Positions 20,700-34,071 of a DNA stretch of 64,000 nt are shown here, in pieces (the first letter of the stretch is position 1; each line of letters begins with the position of its first letter). The position numbers and the translations under genes are program-made. The notes beneath the pieces were generated by a model. The model saw only the letters and a program-made list of their open reading frames with translations. It was not told the DNA's origin and made no database searches. Source of the DNA: Pirellulales bacterium (lineage in GTDB: Bacteria; Planctomycetota; Planctomycetia; Pirellulales; PALSA-1355); the NCBI GenBank assembly GCA_963733035.1, contig CAVTBU010000005.1, positions 800,001 through 864,000 on the forward strand, read 5' to 3'.

Positions 20700-21722
20700 C
20701 TATGGCTTGAGCACGGCTTTGACGATCTTGCCCGAGTGCATCGTCTCGAAGGCTTCGTGCCATTGTTCGAGCGGCCAAACACCGCCCATAATCTTCTGCA
20801 CGTCCAGCGTCCCAGTATCGAGCAGCCGAATTACGCGCTCCCAGATCGGCCAGTTGTGGCTGTAGCTGCCTCGCAAGGTAATATTCTTCTGCACCAGTGG
20901 ATCGAGTGAATGGCCGTAAGGCAACTTGCCCCAGCCGACCTTGGTAACCCAGCCGGCGGGCCTCACGATTTCGAGCGCGGTCTTGAGCGTCGCTGAAATA
21001 CCGGCAGCATCGATGACACCATCGACGCCCAATCCATCGGTCGCCTTGGCCCAATCTTCCAGCCCGTCGACGATCGAGACACAGCCGAACTGTTCGCCAA
21101 CAGCCAACCGCGCACGATCGCGCTCCAATCCAACCACAGCGACTTCAGCTCCCTGAAGCTTGGCGATTGCGGCGCACAGTAAACCAATGGGACCGGGACC
21201 AAGCACAACGACTCGGTCGCCCGGTTTGACGTTCGAGTTCACAGCCACCGCATTGTAGGCCACGCAGCACGGCTCGGTGAGTCCCGCCTTTTCGAACGGC
21301 AGGCTGTCGGGCAAATGATGCAGACAACGAACCGGCACGCGCACGTACTTGGTCATCGCTCCATTGACGCCGTAGCCAAATCCCTTGCGCGTGGGATCGA
21401 GGTTGTACAACCCCTGTTTCGTCAGGGGGCTATCGAGATCGATTATGGCCGCCGTCTCGCTGACGCCGCGATCCCCCTCGTGCCAGCCTTTGACGTTCTT
21501 GCCCAGTTCGACTACGACGCCCGCGAACTCGTGTCCGAGGACGACGGGATAGTTGACCGGCCAACTGTGTTCAGCCGTCCATTGGTGGAGGTCGCTGCCG
21601 CAAACGCCCACGGCGCCGACTTCCAGCAACACGTCGTCGGCACCGATCTCGGGTCGCTCGATCTCGCGAATCTCAACGCTAAACTTTTCCGGTCCGAAGT
21701 TGACGACGCCTGGTGATTTCAT
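20700..21722 (-). CDS. Zinc-binding (MDR) dehydrogenase, polyol/threonine dehydrogenase-like
   Basis: GVCGSDLH, LGHEF, TEPC, GPGPIG. Confidence 0.88.
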   Translation of the reverse strand: MKSPGVVNFGPEKFSVEIREIERPEIGADDVLLEVGAVGVCGSDLHQWTAEHSWPVNYPVVLGHEFAGVVVELGKNVKGWHEGDRGVSETAAIIDLDSPLTKQGLYNLDPTRKGFGYGVNGAMTKYVRVPVRCLHHLPDSLPFEKAGLTEPCCVAYNAVAVNSNVKPGDRVVVLGPGPIGLLCAAIAKLQGAEVAVVGLERDRARLAVGEQFGCVSIVDGLEDWAKATDGLGVDGVIDAAGISATLKTALEIVRPAGWVTKVGWGKLPYGHSLDPLVQKNITLRGSYSHNWPIWERVIRLLDTGTLDVQKIMGGVWPLEQWHEAFETMHSGKIVKAVLKP

Positions 21723-22429
21723 GATTTCTTTCCTACTGCAATGTCGCCATAGCTGTGAACCTTCTCGCAAATCAGCCGCAAGGAGCTTTCCAGATCGCCG
21801 CCGGCCGTCTTGAAGGCGTCGGCATCGATGGTAAGCGGTGCCCCCAGCACGACCAACGGAGCGCCATACTCCGGCGTTTCGATCGCTTGTTCGAGCGTCA
21901 AGCCGCCGACGGCTTGCACCGGAATACTTACGGCATCCACGACCGCCCGCAATTGGTCAAGGGGGCTGGGCATCCGCAACCCCCGGGCGGCGATGCCGCG
22001 ACGTTCGTCGTAGCCGATGTGATGGATGACGTAGTCGCAACCGACGTCTTCGAGAAACTTCGCGCCGGCGACCATGTCCTCGCAGACCATGTTGTCACCC
22101 ATCACTTCGATGCCGAAGTCCTTGCCGGCTTTGACGACACACCTGATTGTTTCTTCGTGCGCCCGAGCCATGACCACGACGTGCGTTGCACCCGCCTTGG
22201 CCATCATTTCGGCCTCGAGATAGCCGCCGTCCATTGCCTTGAGATCGGCCACGATGGGCGTGTCCGGGAATCGCTCGCGCAGGGCGCGTACACCGTGCAT
22301 GCCCTCGGCAATGATCAGTGGCGTGCCGGCTTCGAGCCAGTCGACGCCAGCGCGCATGGCCATCTCGGCCGTCTCGAGGGCTTCCTCTTTCGTGGTGATA
22401 TCGAGCGAAATTTGAACGATGGTTTTCAT
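21719..22429 (-). CDS. HPS/KGPDC-family protein (3-hexulose-6-phosphate synthase-like)
   Basis: VQISLD, WLEAGTPL, VADLKAMDGG, HIGYD, QAVGG. Confidence 0.8.
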   Translation of the reverse strand: MKTIVQISLDITTKEEALETAEMAMRAGVDWLEAGTPLIIAEGMHGVRALRERFPDTPIVADLKAMDGGYLEAEMMAKAGATHVVVMARAHEETIRCVVKAGKDFGIEVMGDNMVCEDMVAGAKFLEDVGCDYVIHHIGYDERRGIAARGLRMPSPLDQLRAVVDAVSIPVQAVGGLTLEQAIETPEYGAPLVVLGAPLTIDADAFKTAGGDLESSLRLICEKVHSYGDIAVGKKS

Positions 22430-22705
22430 CGGCGAGGCCTGGGTGTGAGGAAGGTTTGGCAGACGAAGCGGGGCAACCGCCAGCAAGGAAATCCAGAGAC
22501 ATCTGTCCCCGGAAAACTTCCGCCAGCAAATACCTGGGCCGGCGGTTTTCGCCAATCCGCAGTGGTCTTAGCGCCCCGTTTGCGGTCTCTATAATGACGT
22601 TTAGTGAAAAGATTCACAAGCACCCTTCATCATGGCCGTATTTGCGGTCATGAGCCGCGACGAGCGCCGCAACTGGGTGCGATACTGGAGGCTCCGCAAT
22701 CCCCC

Positions 22706-23520
22706 ATGACGAACCGTGCGAAGATACGCGTCGGTGCGGTCAACTATTTGAATACCAAGCCGCTGGTCTATGACCTTGCGCGGTTTGCTCCGCAGGCCGA
22801 GCTCGTGTTCGATTACCCCAGCCGGCTGGCTGACAATCTGGCCGCTGGCAGGTTGGACGTGGCGTTGATCCCGTCGATTGAGTTCTTTCACGATCCCAGC
22901 TATACGATCGTCTCTGACGCCTGCATTGGATGCCGTGGGCCTGTGCTGTCGGTCAAGCTCTTCAGCCGAGGCCCCATCGAGAACATTCGTACTTTGGCCC
23001 TCGACGAGGGATCGCGGACCAGCGTCGCGTTAACTCGGATCCTGCTTCAGGAGCGATACGGTGTGGCGCCGAAACTGGAAGGATTGCCCGTTGGTAGTAC
23101 GCTGAGCGACACGACGGCCGACGCGGTCTTGCTCATTGGCGACCGAGCCATGCACTCTCCGGCTGGTCAATTCGAGGTCGTTTGGGATTTGGGCGACGAA
23201 TGGTGCCGCTGGGCGGAACTGCCGTTTGTGTTTGCGATGTGGGTCGCCCGGGCCGGGCGCAACTGGATGGACTCGAAACGGCCCTTTGCCAAGCCCGGGA
23301 CGCCGGTCTCGCCCATCTCGACGATATCGCCGCCCGCGAGGCCGCACCGTTGGGACTTACGCGGCCGCAATGCCTGTCGTACCTGCGTGATAACCTGTAC
23401 TTTTTTCTCGGCCCCCGCGAGCACCGTGGGCTGACATTGTTTTACAAGAAAGCCGCTGAGCTGGGCCTCGCGCCCGCGGGAGTCGATTTTGGATTCAACG
23501 ATTGCCAAACTTCTGGATAA
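22706..23520 (+). CDS. mqnA: Chorismate dehydratase (futalosine pathway); frameshift near 23258
   Basis: GAVNYLNTKPL, GPVLSVKL, SRTSVAL, LLIGDRA, DLGDEW...LPFVFAMW. C-terminus (YLRDNLYF) lies in the -1 frame. Confidence 0.88.
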
Positions 23521-24592
23521 GGCTGCCAACGGCGACCGACTGTCGCCTGAAGAAGGCCTGAGGCTGTTGGAGTGCCACGATCTTGCCGCACTAGGCCGAG
23601 CGGCCGACGAGGTCACGCGCCGACTGCATCCCGAGTCGTATCGCACGTACAACATCGACCGCAACATCAACTACACGAATGTGTGCGCGGCCGTGTGCGA
23701 TTTCTGCGCGTTTTATCGCAGCCCGAAGCACGAAGAAGGCTATGTGCTCGACCGGGACACGCTGTTGCAGAAGATTCAGGAAACCGTCGATCTTGGTGGC
23801 GACCAGATCTTAATGCAAGGCGGACTGCATCCTGAGCTTTCGCTCGAGTGGTACGAAGGGTTGTTGCACGATATCAAAGCTCGGTTTCCGCAGGTCAACG
23901 TGCACGGATTCAGCCCACCGGAAATCCATTTCTTTGCGAAGCTATCGAAGTTGCCGCTGCGCACGGTCCTCGAACGGCTCAAGGCAGCCGGCCTGGGAAG
24001 TATTCCCGGCGGTGGCGCGGAAATTCTGGTCGATCGGGTACGCAAAGAAATTACGCGCGGCAAAGTGCTCACCGACGACTGGCTCAACGTCAATCGCGTG
24101 TGGCACGAAATGGGAGGTCGCAGCACGGCTACCATGATGTTCGGCCACGTCGAAACGCTATCGGATCGCGTCGAACACCTCGAACGCCTGCGCCAACTGC
24201 AAGACGAGACAGCTGGTTTTACCGCCTACATCTGCTGGACGTTCCAACCCGGACACAACATGGCCAATCTTCCTGCCGCCGGATCTTTCGAGTACTTGAA
24301 AACCCAGGCCGTTAGCCGGCTCTATCTCGACAACTTTGCCAATATCCAGTCGAGTTGGGTCACCCAGGGCCTCAAAGTGGGGCAAATCGCGCTGCTCTAT
24401 GGCGCCAACGACATGGGCAGTTTGATGATCGAGGAAAATGTCGTGGCCGCGGCCGGCACGGTCCACTACCTAACGCTCGATCAGATGAAGGATGCCATTC
24501 GCGAACTTGGCTACACACCGCGGCGGCGCAACGTCTTATATGAACTCCTCGACGATGCACCTCTAGAACCAGTGACCGTGGAAATCGCTTAG
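23489..24592 (+). CDS. mqnC: Cyclic dehypoxanthinyl futalosine synthase (radical SAM)
   Basis: [55 protein letters not shown]. Confidence 0.92.
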   Translation: MDSTIAKLLDKAANGDRLSPEEGLRLLECHDLAALGRAADEVTRRLHPESYRTYNIDRNINYTNVCAAVCDFCAFYRSPKHEEGYVLDRDTLLQKIQETVDLGGDQILMQGGLHPELSLEWYEGLLHDIKARFPQVNVHGFSPPEIHFFAKLSKLPLRTVLERLKAAGLGSIPGGGAEILVDRVRKEITRGKVLTDDWLNVNRVWHEMGGRSTATMMFGHVETLSDRVEHLERLRQLQDETAGFTAYICWTFQPGHNMANLPAAGSFEYLKTQAVSRLYLDNFANIQSSWVTQGLKVGQIALLYGANDMGSLMIEENVVAAAGTVHYLTLDQMKDAIRELGYTPRRRNVLYELLDDAPLEPVTVEIA

Positions 24593-25980
24593 TGATGGAA
24601 ACCGGTGGCCTCCGACGCCTCCAGCGACTTGGCCACCGGATGCTTCTGGAAGAATTCGAGTGCAGCCCGGAAATCGTCGAGCAATAGCTTTGCCAGATCG
24701 CGGCTGACTCCGTGGCGAATGAGCACCCGCTGGACGACGGTACGCTGTTGCTCTGGCGGAAGTGAATAGGCTGGTACCTGCCAACCCCGCGAACGCAGTC
24801 GGTCGGCCAGGTCGTAAAGCGAGAAACTGACGTTCGCGTCAGGTTTGAGCTTCCAGCATGCCCCTGGGATGCCGCCTCGGCCATCGTAGACAATTTCAAA
24901 GGGCCCCAGCTTGGCGATTTCCTCAGCCACGTAGGCACCGGTCTCGGCACAAGCCTGCTGCGTCCGTTGATAACCGCTCCGGCCTAACCTGAGAAAGTTG
25001 TAGTATTGGCAAGCGATTTGACCCCCAGGGCGTGAGAAATTGAGGGCGAACGTGGGCATATCGCCGCCCAGATAGTTCACGCTGAAGACGAGGTCCTCGG
25101 GAAGTTCCTCTCGGTCTCGCCAAATCACCCAGCCGCATCCCAGCGGAGTCAACCCAAACTTGTGCCCCGAGGCATTGATCGATTTCACCCGGGGAAGTTT
25201 AAAATCCCATATGACTTCCGGATGAATAAACGGGGCCAGGAACGCTCCACTCGCGCCATCGACATGCACGGGAATGTCCCAGCCCTGTCGTTTCTGCACA
25301 TTGTCGAGCGCCTGGCAAATCCCCTGCACCGGTTCGTAGTGCAAGGTGAAAGTTAGGCCCAGCGTGGGAACGACGCCGATTGTGTTCTCATCACAGCGTT
25401 TGACGGCCTCTGCGGGCGTCATCATAAGTCGGCCTTCGGCCATCGGCACTTCGCGCAACTCGACGTCAAAATAACGGGCAAACTTGTGCCAGCAAACCTG
25501 CACCGGACCGCAAACCATGTTTGGCTTGTCGGTGGGCCGACCGGCGGCGCGCTGCCGCTCGCGCCAGCGCCATTTCATCGCCAATCCGCCCAACATGGCT
25601 GCCTCACTCGACCCGGTTGTTGAGCAGCCGACCGTATTTTCAGCCTCCGGGGAATTCCACAGATCAGCCAGCATGTGCACGCAGCGCCGCTCGACTTCGG
25701 CCGTTTGCGGGTACTCATCCTTGTCGATCATGTTCTTGTCCCAGCACTCGGCGAGCAATTTCTGCGCCTGAGGCTCGCTCCACGTCTGACAAAACGTTGC
25801 CAGGTTCATCCGCGAGTTGCCATCTAGCATCAACTCGTCGTGAACCATGGCATAGGCGTGCTCGGCACTGTGCTCGTCAACTGGGAAATGGTACTTGGGC
25901 ACACTCACCGAAAGATCGGTTGAAGCGTAGACGTCGTCCAACAAGTTCTGGCGAATGTGTTCGCGAAAGTGGAGCGGCAT
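24589..25980 (-). CDS. gadB: Glutamate decarboxylase (PLP)
   Basis: [50 protein letters not shown]. Confidence 0.93.
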   Translation of the reverse strand: MPLHFREHIRQNLLDDVYASTDLSVSVPKYHFPVDEHSAEHAYAMVHDELMLDGNSRMNLATFCQTWSEPQAQKLLAECWDKNMIDKDEYPQTAEVERRCVHMLADLWNSPEAENTVGCSTTGSSEAAMLGGLAMKWRWRERQRAAGRPTDKPNMVCGPVQVCWHKFARYFDVELREVPMAEGRLMMTPAEAVKRCDENTIGVVPTLGLTFTLHYEPVQGICQALDNVQKRQGWDIPVHVDGASGAFLAPFIHPEVIWDFKLPRVKSINASGHKFGLTPLGCGWVIWRDREELPEDLVFSVNYLGGDMPTFALNFSRPGGQIACQYYNFLRLGRSGYQRTQQACAETGAYVAEEIAKLGPFEIVYDGRGGIPGACWKLKPDANVSFSLYDLADRLRSRGWQVPAYSLPPEQQRTVVQRVLIRHGVSRDLAKLLLDDFRAALEFFQKHPVAKSLEASEATGFHH

Positions 25981-26375
25981 CGTGCATCTCCTTCGGGCAA
26001 AGTACGCGTCGGCGGCGTAAGGTGGCGGGGTGCTTTCCCGAACCGCGAGGAATCATCGGACCGCGGCAAGAAAAGGGAGGCGGGACAAGTATAGCCGACA
26101 ATTCAGCCCGCGGTCGGAGGATTCAGCATTTGGGCAGCGTAGCGACGAACAATCAGCCGACAGTTTTACGTGTAACTACGGACGAGACGACCAGGGCCAA
26201 CGCGGAAGGGGCCTCAATCCGGTATTAAGCACCACCAAATTCTACGCGGAGCAAAACGGCTGCCGAGCGACAGGGGGACGAAAACTCGAACACGTATGCA
26301 AGGGTACACTAGGACTCGTGAACACCGGAACAGGATTCAGACGGCAGTTCACGGCTCACGCCGGTGCCGCTACGT

Positions 26376-26409
26376 AAAAAAGCTGGCCTCCTGTTGGGGA
26401 GGCCAGCTT
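26376..26409 (-). terminator. Intrinsic terminator of the PEP-CTERM gene
   Basis: AAGCTGGCCTCC...GGAGGCCAGCTT stem with an A-run. Confidence 0.75.
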
Positions 26410-26442
26410 CGTCAAAAGCAATTCAGCTCCAAGTTCGGCTAC

Positions 26443-27207
26443 TTACGCCTTGCGGAAGCGGCGACGGCCGAAGGCCACCAAACCGATCAGGCCCAGGCCA
26501 AGCATGGCAACCGTGCCGGGTTCGGGCACCAAGCGAGTCGCGACGATCGTGCCAGTCAGGCTGCCGTCGATCGTAAAGCTACTCACAGGGATCGGAATTA
26601 GCAGCGACACGGGAATTGTGATCGTCTGCAGCAAGCCAACTTGAGTGGCCGTGCCACCTGGTGCGCCGTTTAGTGCCGAGTTTCCGGAGATGTCCGAACG
26701 GCCGACAGCGGGCGCAAGTCCGCTGAGATTGTAATCCAGGAAACCTTGAACAAGCCCCAGAGTAAGTTGGGTCGCGTCAAAGGCAATACCAGCAACGGGA
26801 ACCACACCGCTGGTAAGTTCGGCCAACAGATCTCGTCCAGCCGCGGGGCCGGTTTCAAGGCCGCCAAGCGCGTTCACGGAACCACCGTAATTGCCGGGGG
26901 CGGTCCCCGCGACGCCATTGATTCCGGGGGACGGGTCAACCGGTTGCAGGGCGAACGTCACTGTGCCGCCACCCAAGAATTCCACACTGGTGCCTGGCGT
27001 GAAGTTGATGTCGAGCGTACCGCCCAGTGCGTCCGTTAGGCTCCCCGGGGATTGTGGGAAAAGGACTGGACTTCCGGATAGCGAGGCGCCAAGAGTTAGC
27101 GAGCTTAACCCCGAGTCGATGGTGAATGTCGCTGCCGAAGCGACGGATGCGTAGCCAACAATGGCTACCATGGCGAGTGCTGCGAACACTCTAGAAACAG
27201 TTCTCAT
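26443..27207 (-). CDS. PEP-CTERM sorting-domain surface protein
   Basis: Signal peptide; C-terminal VPEPGT, TM helix and RRRFRKA. Confidence 0.88.
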   Translation of the reverse strand: MRTVSRVFAALAMVAIVGYASVASAATFTIDSGLSSLTLGASLSGSPVLFPQSPGSLTDALGGTLDINFTPGTSVEFLGGGTVTFALQPVDPSPGINGVAGTAPGNYGGSVNALGGLETGPAAGRDLLAELTSGVVPVAGIAFDATQLTLGLVQGFLDYNLSGLAPAVGRSDISGNSALNGAPGGTATQVGLLQTITIPVSLLIPIPVSSFTIDGSLTGTIVATRLVPEPGTVAMLGLGLIGLVAFGRRRFRKA

Positions 27208-27806
27208 TAGCTTGTCTCCTTTAACGTGCATCAGTCATAACGAGAAGGTGCTTGGAAAATCAAAAGCAAGCGTCCCCGATTATGACGAGCCCCCCCTGGG
27301 GTGCAAAGGAAAAAAATGAAAGTGAAGTGAATTTTGCGCGACCGCGCAATTACGTCTCATGCTTGCTGCTACGTCTTCAGGCGATGCATCGCGGCTGCGA
27401 AAAGGCGGACGGATTTCCAAGCACAACTCTTTACAGGATATTCGTTTATGAGAATCCACCTCGGCGCCGATCGCACCTGGCCCGATCCGCCATCGCATGT
27501 AGAGCGAGAAACGTTCGTTCCCACAGAAACGTGCGCAATGGCCTCCAAGTGCATGTTTTTTTGGATTCCAGCGAAAAACATGGTTGGTACGAGAAATGAC
27601 GGATTCTTCAAATGTGCGCTTTCGAATACGCGTTGAGCCGGGTCGATTTCGGCTCAATCTCCCAAGGCAATGGGCGCGTCAGCCGTCTTGGTTATGTGGT
27701 AGCCTTACGGTAGTCGCACCGAGACAGGCGACTGAGGTCGGTTTGCGCCCTGGCCGCACTCCCCTACACACGGCAACCTCGCCACGTTCCGCAAACGGCG
27801 CGACGC

Positions 27807-28571
27807 ATGATTCACGTACGCCAGCTGACCAAGCACTACGCCGACCTCAAACGTGGCACGGTGGTAGCCCTTGGCGGCGTGAGCTTCGATGCCATGCCGG
27901 GCCAGATCTATGGCCTGTTGGGCCCTAACGGCGCAGGAAAGACAACCGTCTTGCGGATTCTAAGCACAATCCTGCGGCCGAGTGGCGGCACGGCCAGCGT
28001 CAACGGATACGAAGTTCTGACGCAAGCCTCGCAAGTGCGCCATCAAATCGGTTTCGTCTCGGCCAACACGGCCGTGTACGACCGCATGACCGCCTGGGAG
28101 ATGGTCGCCTACTTTGGCCGTCTCTACGGACTGGCCGAAGAGCCACTTTGCGAACGCATGGAAGAAATCTTCGACCGGCTGCAGATGAACGAGATTCGCG
28201 ACGTGCTCGGGGCCAAGATGTCAACCGGCATGAAACAAAAAGTGTCGATTGCGCGGGCCATTGTTCACGACCCTCCCGTCCTGATTTTCGATGAAGCGAC
28301 CAACGGCCTCGACGTCCTGGTTGCAAGAGCGTTGCTCAGTACGGTGGCCGAATTGCGCGACCAGGGAAAGTGCATCATGTTTTCGACGCACATCATGCGC
28401 GAGGCCGAGAAACTGTGCGATCGGATTGCCATCATTCACCGCGGTCACATTCTGGCAGAGGGCACCCTTGGCGAGCTGTGCAAGCAGTATCATCAACACG
28501 ACTTGGAGGAACTCTTCTTCCGCCTGATCCAAGATCATAACCAGGCCCATTCGGTCGTCGAAACATGGTAG
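27807..28571 (+). CDS. ABC transporter ATP-binding protein (NatA-like)
   Basis: [23 protein letters not shown]. Confidence 0.88.
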   Translation: MIHVRQLTKHYADLKRGTVVALGGVSFDAMPGQIYGLLGPNGAGKTTVLRILSTILRPSGGTASVNGYEVLTQASQVRHQIGFVSANTAVYDRMTAWEMVAYFGRLYGLAEEPLCERMEEIFDRLQMNEIRDVLGAKMSTGMKQKVSIARAIVHDPPVLIFDEATNGLDVLVARALLSTVAELRDQGKCIMFSTHIMREAEKLCDRIAIIHRGHILAEGTLGELCKQYHQHDLEELFFRLIQDHNQAHSVVETW

Positions 28572-28588
28572 AAGGAGACGCGCCGAAC

Positions 28589-30820
28589 ATGAACTGGTCG
28601 AACGTCAAATTGATCCTAGGACGTGAAATCCGCGATCAATTGCGCGACCGTCGCACGCTGTTCATGATCGCCGTGCTACCGATCTTGCTCTATCCGCTCC
28701 TGGGGATGAGCTTCTTTCAGGTCACCCAATTTCTCCGTGAACATGCAGTGCACGTGCTCATAATCAATGCTCCTCAGAGCAACGACTTGCCGACACTCAT
28801 CACGGAGGATCGTTTTGCGGCCAATTTGTTTGACGAAGACTCGCGCCGGACTGTCGACCTCCTGCAGGTGGAAACCGCCTCGCCAAAGCGCGATTCGAAA
28901 AAACGCTCGCGGCAGGATCCAAGCGAGCAGGCCAAACACGATTTGCAGCAGGGTGGATATGACGTGGTCGTCTATTTTCCACCCGATTTCGCCGAGCGCT
29001 TCTCGCGATACCGCGCGGCCTTGTCCAGGTCGCATCAGAGCGAAGGGCCGGCGGATGAAAAAGCGTTCGAGTTGCCGGACGTGGGCGTCTATCCGAATCT
29101 GGCCCGAGATTCGTCGCGGGCGGCCTACCGCCGGGTTTCGGACGTGCTTAGCCGCTGGCGCGACGAGATCGGTCGCGCGAACCTAGAATCGAATCACCTG
29201 CCCGCCACGGCCGCGCGCCCATTCAAAATTGCGACGCGCGACGTCGCCGAAAAGGGACAGCACCGCGCGGCCGCGTGGTCGAAGATCTTGCCCTTCGTGC
29301 TGCTCATTTGGGCCTTGACCGGCGCATTCTATCCGGCAATCGATTTGTGTGCCGGCGAAAAGGAAAGAGGCACGCTGGAGACCCTGCTGAGCAGTCCGGC
29401 CGAGCGTCTGGAAATCGTCTGGGGCAAATTGTTGACGGTAATGGTTTTTAGCATGGCGACGGCGATTTTGAACCTTTCAAGTTTGGCGATCACCGGAACG
29501 TTGGTGCTCAGCCAAGTGCCGAACCTGGGACCTCCGCCGCCGCTCGCTTTCGTATGGCTATTGGTGGCCCTGGTGCCCATGTCGGCTTTGTATTCGGCCC
29601 TCTGCCTGGCGCTGGCCGTGTTGGCCAAGAGCACCAAGGAGGGACAATACTATTTGATGCCATTGGTGCTCGTAACGATGCCGCTGGTCATTCTGCCCAT
29701 GGCACCGGGAGTTGAACTGAACCTCGGCAATAGCCTGATTCCCGTCACGGGCGTGGTCCTGCTGCTCCGGTCGCTGCTGGAAGGCGAATACTGGGCAATC
29801 CTGCCTTATGCGCCGGTCGTGATTCTGGTCACGTTGTTTTGCTGCCTGCTAGCCATTCGTTGGGCGACCAACCAGTTCAATTCGGAAAGCGTGCTCTTCC
29901 GCGAAAGCGAGCGCTGGGACCTGGGGCTGTGGGTGCGGCACCTGGTGCGTGATCGGGCTCCAACGCCCAGCTTTGCCGAAGCCATGTTTTGCGGCGTGCT
30001 GATCCTGCTGATCAAGTTCTTCATGGGTTTTGCCATGAACACGCCAACGACGTTTTCCGAATTCGTAGACGTCGTAGCACTCACACAGTTAGTCGTCATC
30101 GCGACTCCCGCGTTGCTAATGGCAGTGATGCTCACTCGCAGCCCGGGCCAAACGCTGTTGCTGCGACGCCCGCCATTCCGGACGCCGCTGGCCGCAGGAC
30201 TACTGGCGGTGGCATTTCATCCGACGGCAAACTTGCTGCAGTCATGGGTCCAACAGATTTATCCGCTGGACGATCAAGTGATGAAGGCCCTCAACAGCCT
30301 CGTCTTTGAACCCGACAGTGTTTGGGTTCTGCTGTTGGTGATCGCGGTGCTACCGGCCGTGTGTGAAGAACTCGCGTTCCGCGGGTTTATCCTCTCGGGA
30401 CTGCGGCACATGGGACACAAATGGACAGCGATCATCGTGAGCAGCGTCTTTTTTGGGGCCACGCATGCGATCTTTCAACAGTCGCTGGTCGCAGCATTGG
30501 TGGGCATGATCCTCGGTTTCATTGCCGTGCAGACGGGAAGCATTTGGCCCTGTATCCTGTTCCATACGATTCATAACTCGATGGCCGTGATCGTGCAACG
30601 CGTGCTGGGCGCCCTAGAGGAACGACCCGAGTGGCTCGATTGGATCCTCCGCGACGCGAGCGCCGAAGGGAACCTCTATCGCTGGCCTACGATCGCGCTC
30701 AGCGCTGCTGTGAGCGTAGCCATCCTGTATTGGTTCCACCGTTTGCCCTATGCTCGCACGCCGGAAGAATCGATGCAGGAAGCGATCGACCATCAATCGG
30801 CGCATTGGCTGCCGGGCTGA
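28589..30820 (+). CDS. NatB-like ABC-2 permease fused to a CPBP (CAAX-like) intramembrane protease
   Basis: REIRDQLRDRRTL, AGEKERGTLETLL; C-terminal EELAFRG, FGATH, HTIHN. Confidence 0.85.
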   Translation: MNWSNVKLILGREIRDQLRDRRTLFMIAVLPILLYPLLGMSFFQVTQFLREHAVHVLIINAPQSNDLPTLITEDRFAANLFDEDSRRTVDLLQVETASPKRDSKKRSRQDPSEQAKHDLQQGGYDVVVYFPPDFAERFSRYRAALSRSHQSEGPADEKAFELPDVGVYPNLARDSSRAAYRRVSDVLSRWRDEIGRANLESNHLPATAARPFKIATRDVAEKGQHRAAAWSKILPFVLLIWALTGAFYPAIDLCAGEKERGTLETLLSSPAERLEIVWGKLLTVMVFSMATAILNLSSLAITGTLVLSQVPNLGPPPPLAFVWLLVALVPMSALYSALCLALAVLAKSTKEGQYYLMPLVLVTMPLVILPMAPGVELNLGNSLIPVTGVVLLLRSLLEGEYWAILPYAPVVILVTLFCCLLAIRWATNQFNSESVLFRESERWDLGLWVRHLVRDRAPTPSFAEAMFCGVLILLIKFFMGFAMNTPTTFSEFVDVVALTQLVVIATPALLMAVMLTRSPGQTLLLRRPPFRTPLAAGLLAVAFHPTANLLQSWVQQIYPLDDQVMKALNSLVFEPDSVWVLLLVIAVLPAVCEELAFRGFILSGLRHMGHKWTAIIVSSVFFGATHAIFQQSLVAALVGMILGFIAVQTGSIWPCILFHTIHNSMAVIVQRVLGALEERPEWLDWILRDASAEGNLYRWPTIALSAAVSVAILYWFHRLPYARTPEESMQEAIDHQSAHWLPG

Positions 30821-30865
30821 ATTGGCTACTAGCGACTTTCCCCTCCACTGCATGGACCCGCTCCC

Positions 30866-32093
30866 ATGTCGAACGCTCGACTTGCCCTGCGTGCCCGGTA
30901 TGTACTGCCAGTTTGTGGGCCGCCGATTGCGGACGGAGTGGTGGTCATTGAGGGAACCGAGATCGCCGAAGTTGGAACCAACAGCGGCGGGGCGAGGGAA
31001 CAGGACCTGGGTGACGTATTGCTGCTACCAGGTTTCGTGAACGCTCACACGCACCTGGAATTCAGCGACCTGGCGGCTCCGCTCGGCGCGCCGGGCTCGG
31101 TATTGCCAGACTGGATTCGCGAGGTGATCGGGCATCGGCGCGGCGATTTTGGAGGGGGCATCACGGCGGTTTCGCAGGGCTTGCTCGAGTGTTTGGCTGC
31201 CGGGAGCACGACGATCGGCGAGATTGCCACGTTTGACTGGCGAAGCGCGGAAGGGCTGCCCAACGAACGACCGAACACCGTGATGTTTTTCGAATTGATT
31301 GGCCCTACGATTCCCCGCGCAGTCAGCCGCTGCAAGTGCTGAGCAATTCCTGAAGGCAACTGGGATACGTGACGAAAGGATCGTACCGGCCCTCAGCCCG
31401 CATGCGCCGTATAGCGTTCACCCTCGTCTGTTGGCATCGATTGTCGAATTGAGCCAACGCCATCGCGTGCCGTTGGCGATGCACCTGGCCGAGTCGCGAG
31501 AAGAACTGGAACTGCTGAACCTCGGTTCCGGCCCGTTTCGCGACATGCTCGAAGCCGTGGGGGCGTGGGACCCGGCAGACAAGGCGCGACTCAGCTGCGT
31601 GCTCGACTATCTAACGGAGTTGGCGCGCGCCGAACGTTCCCTGGTGATTCACGGCAACTATTTGGATGACGAGGAAATCGAGTTCGTGGCAGATCATGCC
31701 GAGAGAATGGCGGTGGTGTACTGCCCGCGGACACATCGCTTCTTCGATCACGATTCGTATCGGCTCGCTGATATGCTCGCCGCCGGTGTAACCCTGGCGT
31801 TGGGCACAGACAGCCGCGCATCGAATCCAGATTTGTGCATGTTGGAGGAAATCAGAGCCGCAGTGGAAGCCCATCCCGCCGTTTCACCGGTAACGATCCT
31901 GGAACTAGCGACGCTGGGAGGTGCGAGAGCGCTGGGGCTGAGAGATCGCGTGGGAACCCTGGAGACAGGGAAACGGGCTGATTTGGTCGCGGTACAGGTG
32001 GTCTCGGCGAGAGGCGATGACCCGGTTGAGTTGCTGCTCGGCGACGAAAGTTTCGTGGCAGGGACATGGGTGGCAGGGGAGCGACTTGCTTAG
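30866..32093 (+). CDS. Amidohydrolase (aminodeoxyfutalosine deaminase-like); frameshift near 31320
   Basis: PGFVNAHTHLE, SPHAPYS, MHLAES, IHGNY, GTDSRASN, GKRADL. Confidence 0.8.
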
Positions 32094-32127
32094 TCAGTGA
32101 TCACCGCGGAAGCGAATTGCGCAGCGC

Positions 32128-32173
32128 AAAAAAAGAACCCGCCGCGGGCTTGGCTAATCCCGGGCGGGTTCTT
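32128..32173. terminator. Terminator downstream of the 16S gene (possibly bidirectional)
   Basis: AAGAACCCGCC...GGCGGGTTCTT stem with A7. Confidence 0.75.
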
Positions 32174-32309
32174 ACTTATTCAATTCAGTAGCTTGCTCGG
32201 TCAAATATCACTCGAAAGTGAAACTTGCTGAGCTGACCTCTGTCCAACACAAGAGCTGTCTCCACAATTCTTAACTGCTGGATGTCGCCATCCAGGCAGC
32301 AGGAATCCT

Positions 32310-33837
<1,528 letters not shown>

Positions 33838-33997
33838 TTGTAAGCTTGCCGCTCGCCGACCGAAGCCGACTCACGGGTTAATAGCCATCAAAACTTCTGA
33901 GTTTGGTTTGCCAGGTTATCGCACCCTTCGTGAAAAGAATGCGACCCCAGCTAAGCACAGTCTTGTGCTGGCAAAAAAATTCAGAGGTCACTACCGA

Positions 33998-34010
33998 ATT
34001 GTCAAAGATC
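33998..34010 (-). promoter_or_regulatory. rrn boxA-like antiterminator
   Basis: GATCTTTGACAAT in the 16S leader. Confidence 0.55.
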
Positions 34011-34071
34011 GAATAAAAATCCCCGGCTGACATTCCTGTCGCAAAGGACAGTGCCTTCCAGGGAGCTCATC

